Below are positions 62,553-64,000 of a DNA stretch of 64,000 nucleotides, in pieces. The DNA comes from Octopus bimaculoides (lineage: Eukaryota), in the NCBI RefSeq assembly GCF_001194135.2, contig NC_068986.1, positions 96,522,003-96,586,002 on the forward strand. The letters run 5' to 3'. The position numbers were made by a program, and so were the translations under genes. The notes below the pieces were generated by a model, which was not told where the DNA came from, ran no database searches, and saw only the letters and a list, made by a program, of their open reading frames with translations. Positions within the stretch are counted from its first letter, which is position 1. Each line of letters begins with the position of its first letter.

Positions 62553-63131
62553 AGTAATAAATTGTTAATAATAATGATTTAATACATAAATAGGGGAACC
62601 AAACCTCAGTTTTTGATGGAAGTACTTTACTGGAATTTTATTTTATTAATCTCCTGAAGAAAGAAAAGCAGGATTTGAACTCAGACTATAAAAAGCTGGA
62701 GCAAATACTGCATGGCATTATGTTTGATACATTATTCTGTCACTGATTTGTATAATCCTTGTTTGAAGCAGCCAAGAAAGGCTTCTATAGGCATAATTTC
62801 ATAGAAAGGGTCATGTATGTGTGTGTGCCTGTGGGTTGAGGTAGGCCCTTTTTTTTTTTTGTTTTTGTAATTATCAGCTATATTCCGTTTTTTTTTTGTT
62901 TTTTTTTCTGTTAGTTCTGCACTATTTCCTATGTAACAACATTAAGAATACTTCATCATCATCAGCAGCAGCAACAGTAGCAACATTAGGAAAACATAAT
63001 CATCATCATCAACAACATCATCATTATCATCTTCTTTAAAAAGATNNNNNNNNNNNNNNNNNNNNNNNNNNNNNNNNNNATATATATATATATATATGTT
63101 TGTATCTATATATATATGTGCGTGTATGTGC

Positions 63132-63173
<42 letters not shown>

Positions 63174-63364
63174 AAGTATATAAATACGTATATATGTGTA
63201 TGTATGTTTATATCTATATACATATGCATGTGTGTGTATGTATATGTATATATATATATGTGTATATATATATATGTATATATATTTATATATATACGTA
63301 TGTATATACCTATTGTTTAGAATTATCAGATAAAAGAAATGTCTATGTATGTTTGTTTATGTGA

Positions 63365-63440
<76 letters not shown>

Positions 63441-63851
63441 TTATATATGTGCGTGTATATGTGTGTGTGTATGTTCATAACACAAGCATACACACAAACC
63501 CATACGTGTGTTATTTATAAATATTTATGCAAACACATATAATTGAAATACAGATTATTACTGTTGTTTTTGTTGTGGTTATGATTGTTGTTTAGAGGTG
63601 CCTGTCATTTCTGGCAGAATACACCTTTAAGTACAAAAAAAATAAAAAAGAAGTTTCTGAACCGTTCCAGAGAAACCAACAGATTGCAGTTCCCCCTTAA
63701 TGCTATAGAGCTCTCACCAATTATTGCCAACACCCCTAGAGAATTTAATTAATTTTCTTTTTCTTTGGTGAGGACTTGGGGAATTAATAGTTAAAATATT
63801 TCACAAGCTGCAAGAACTCATTAGAGCTGCTTACGTACATAGAGACAGATA

Positions 63852-63890
<39 letters not shown>

Positions 63891-64000
63891 TAGACAGAAC
63901 AGCAAATTGTGTAATGCACAGCCACACAGATATCTGTATGTATGTATATATACATATATACATGTACATATATGCATATATATATATATATATATATATA

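Noticed and set aside
63650-63750. Protein-like reading EPFQRNQQIAVP
   Set aside because: The C5 run puts a TAA in frame, and there are no splice signals.

Overview
AT-rich, microsatellite-saturated eukaryotic draft-assembly DNA with 15 N-gaps totalling about 4 kb. The repeat families look like those of an octopus or other coleoid cephalopod; this is inferred from repeat style, not verified. No host protein-coding gene, rRNA, true tRNA or CRISPR array can be supported, and nearly every ORF in the supplied track comes from simple repeats or N-runs. The recognisable content is a transposon graveyard. It includes RTE-clade LINE fragments and many RTE 3' UTR tails ending in (GAT)n, a CR1-like RT fragment, and an R4/Dong-like restriction-endonuclease LINE end lodged in (TAA)n. 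It also includes an internally deleted Tc1, piggyBac-like and hAT-like MITEs, and at least four tRNA-headed SINE families. The most interesting signals are RNA-structural. Three unrelated hammerhead-ribozyme motifs occur at 1844-1896 (near intact, GUC site), 35744-35778 and 50858-50902, the last downstream of a tRNA-like Pol III head. An abundant unclassified short repeat has a structured end that partly fits an HDV-like ribozyme. Several fold-back structures are candidate dsRNA substrates. All repeat consensus sequences and copy counts were reconstructed by eye.
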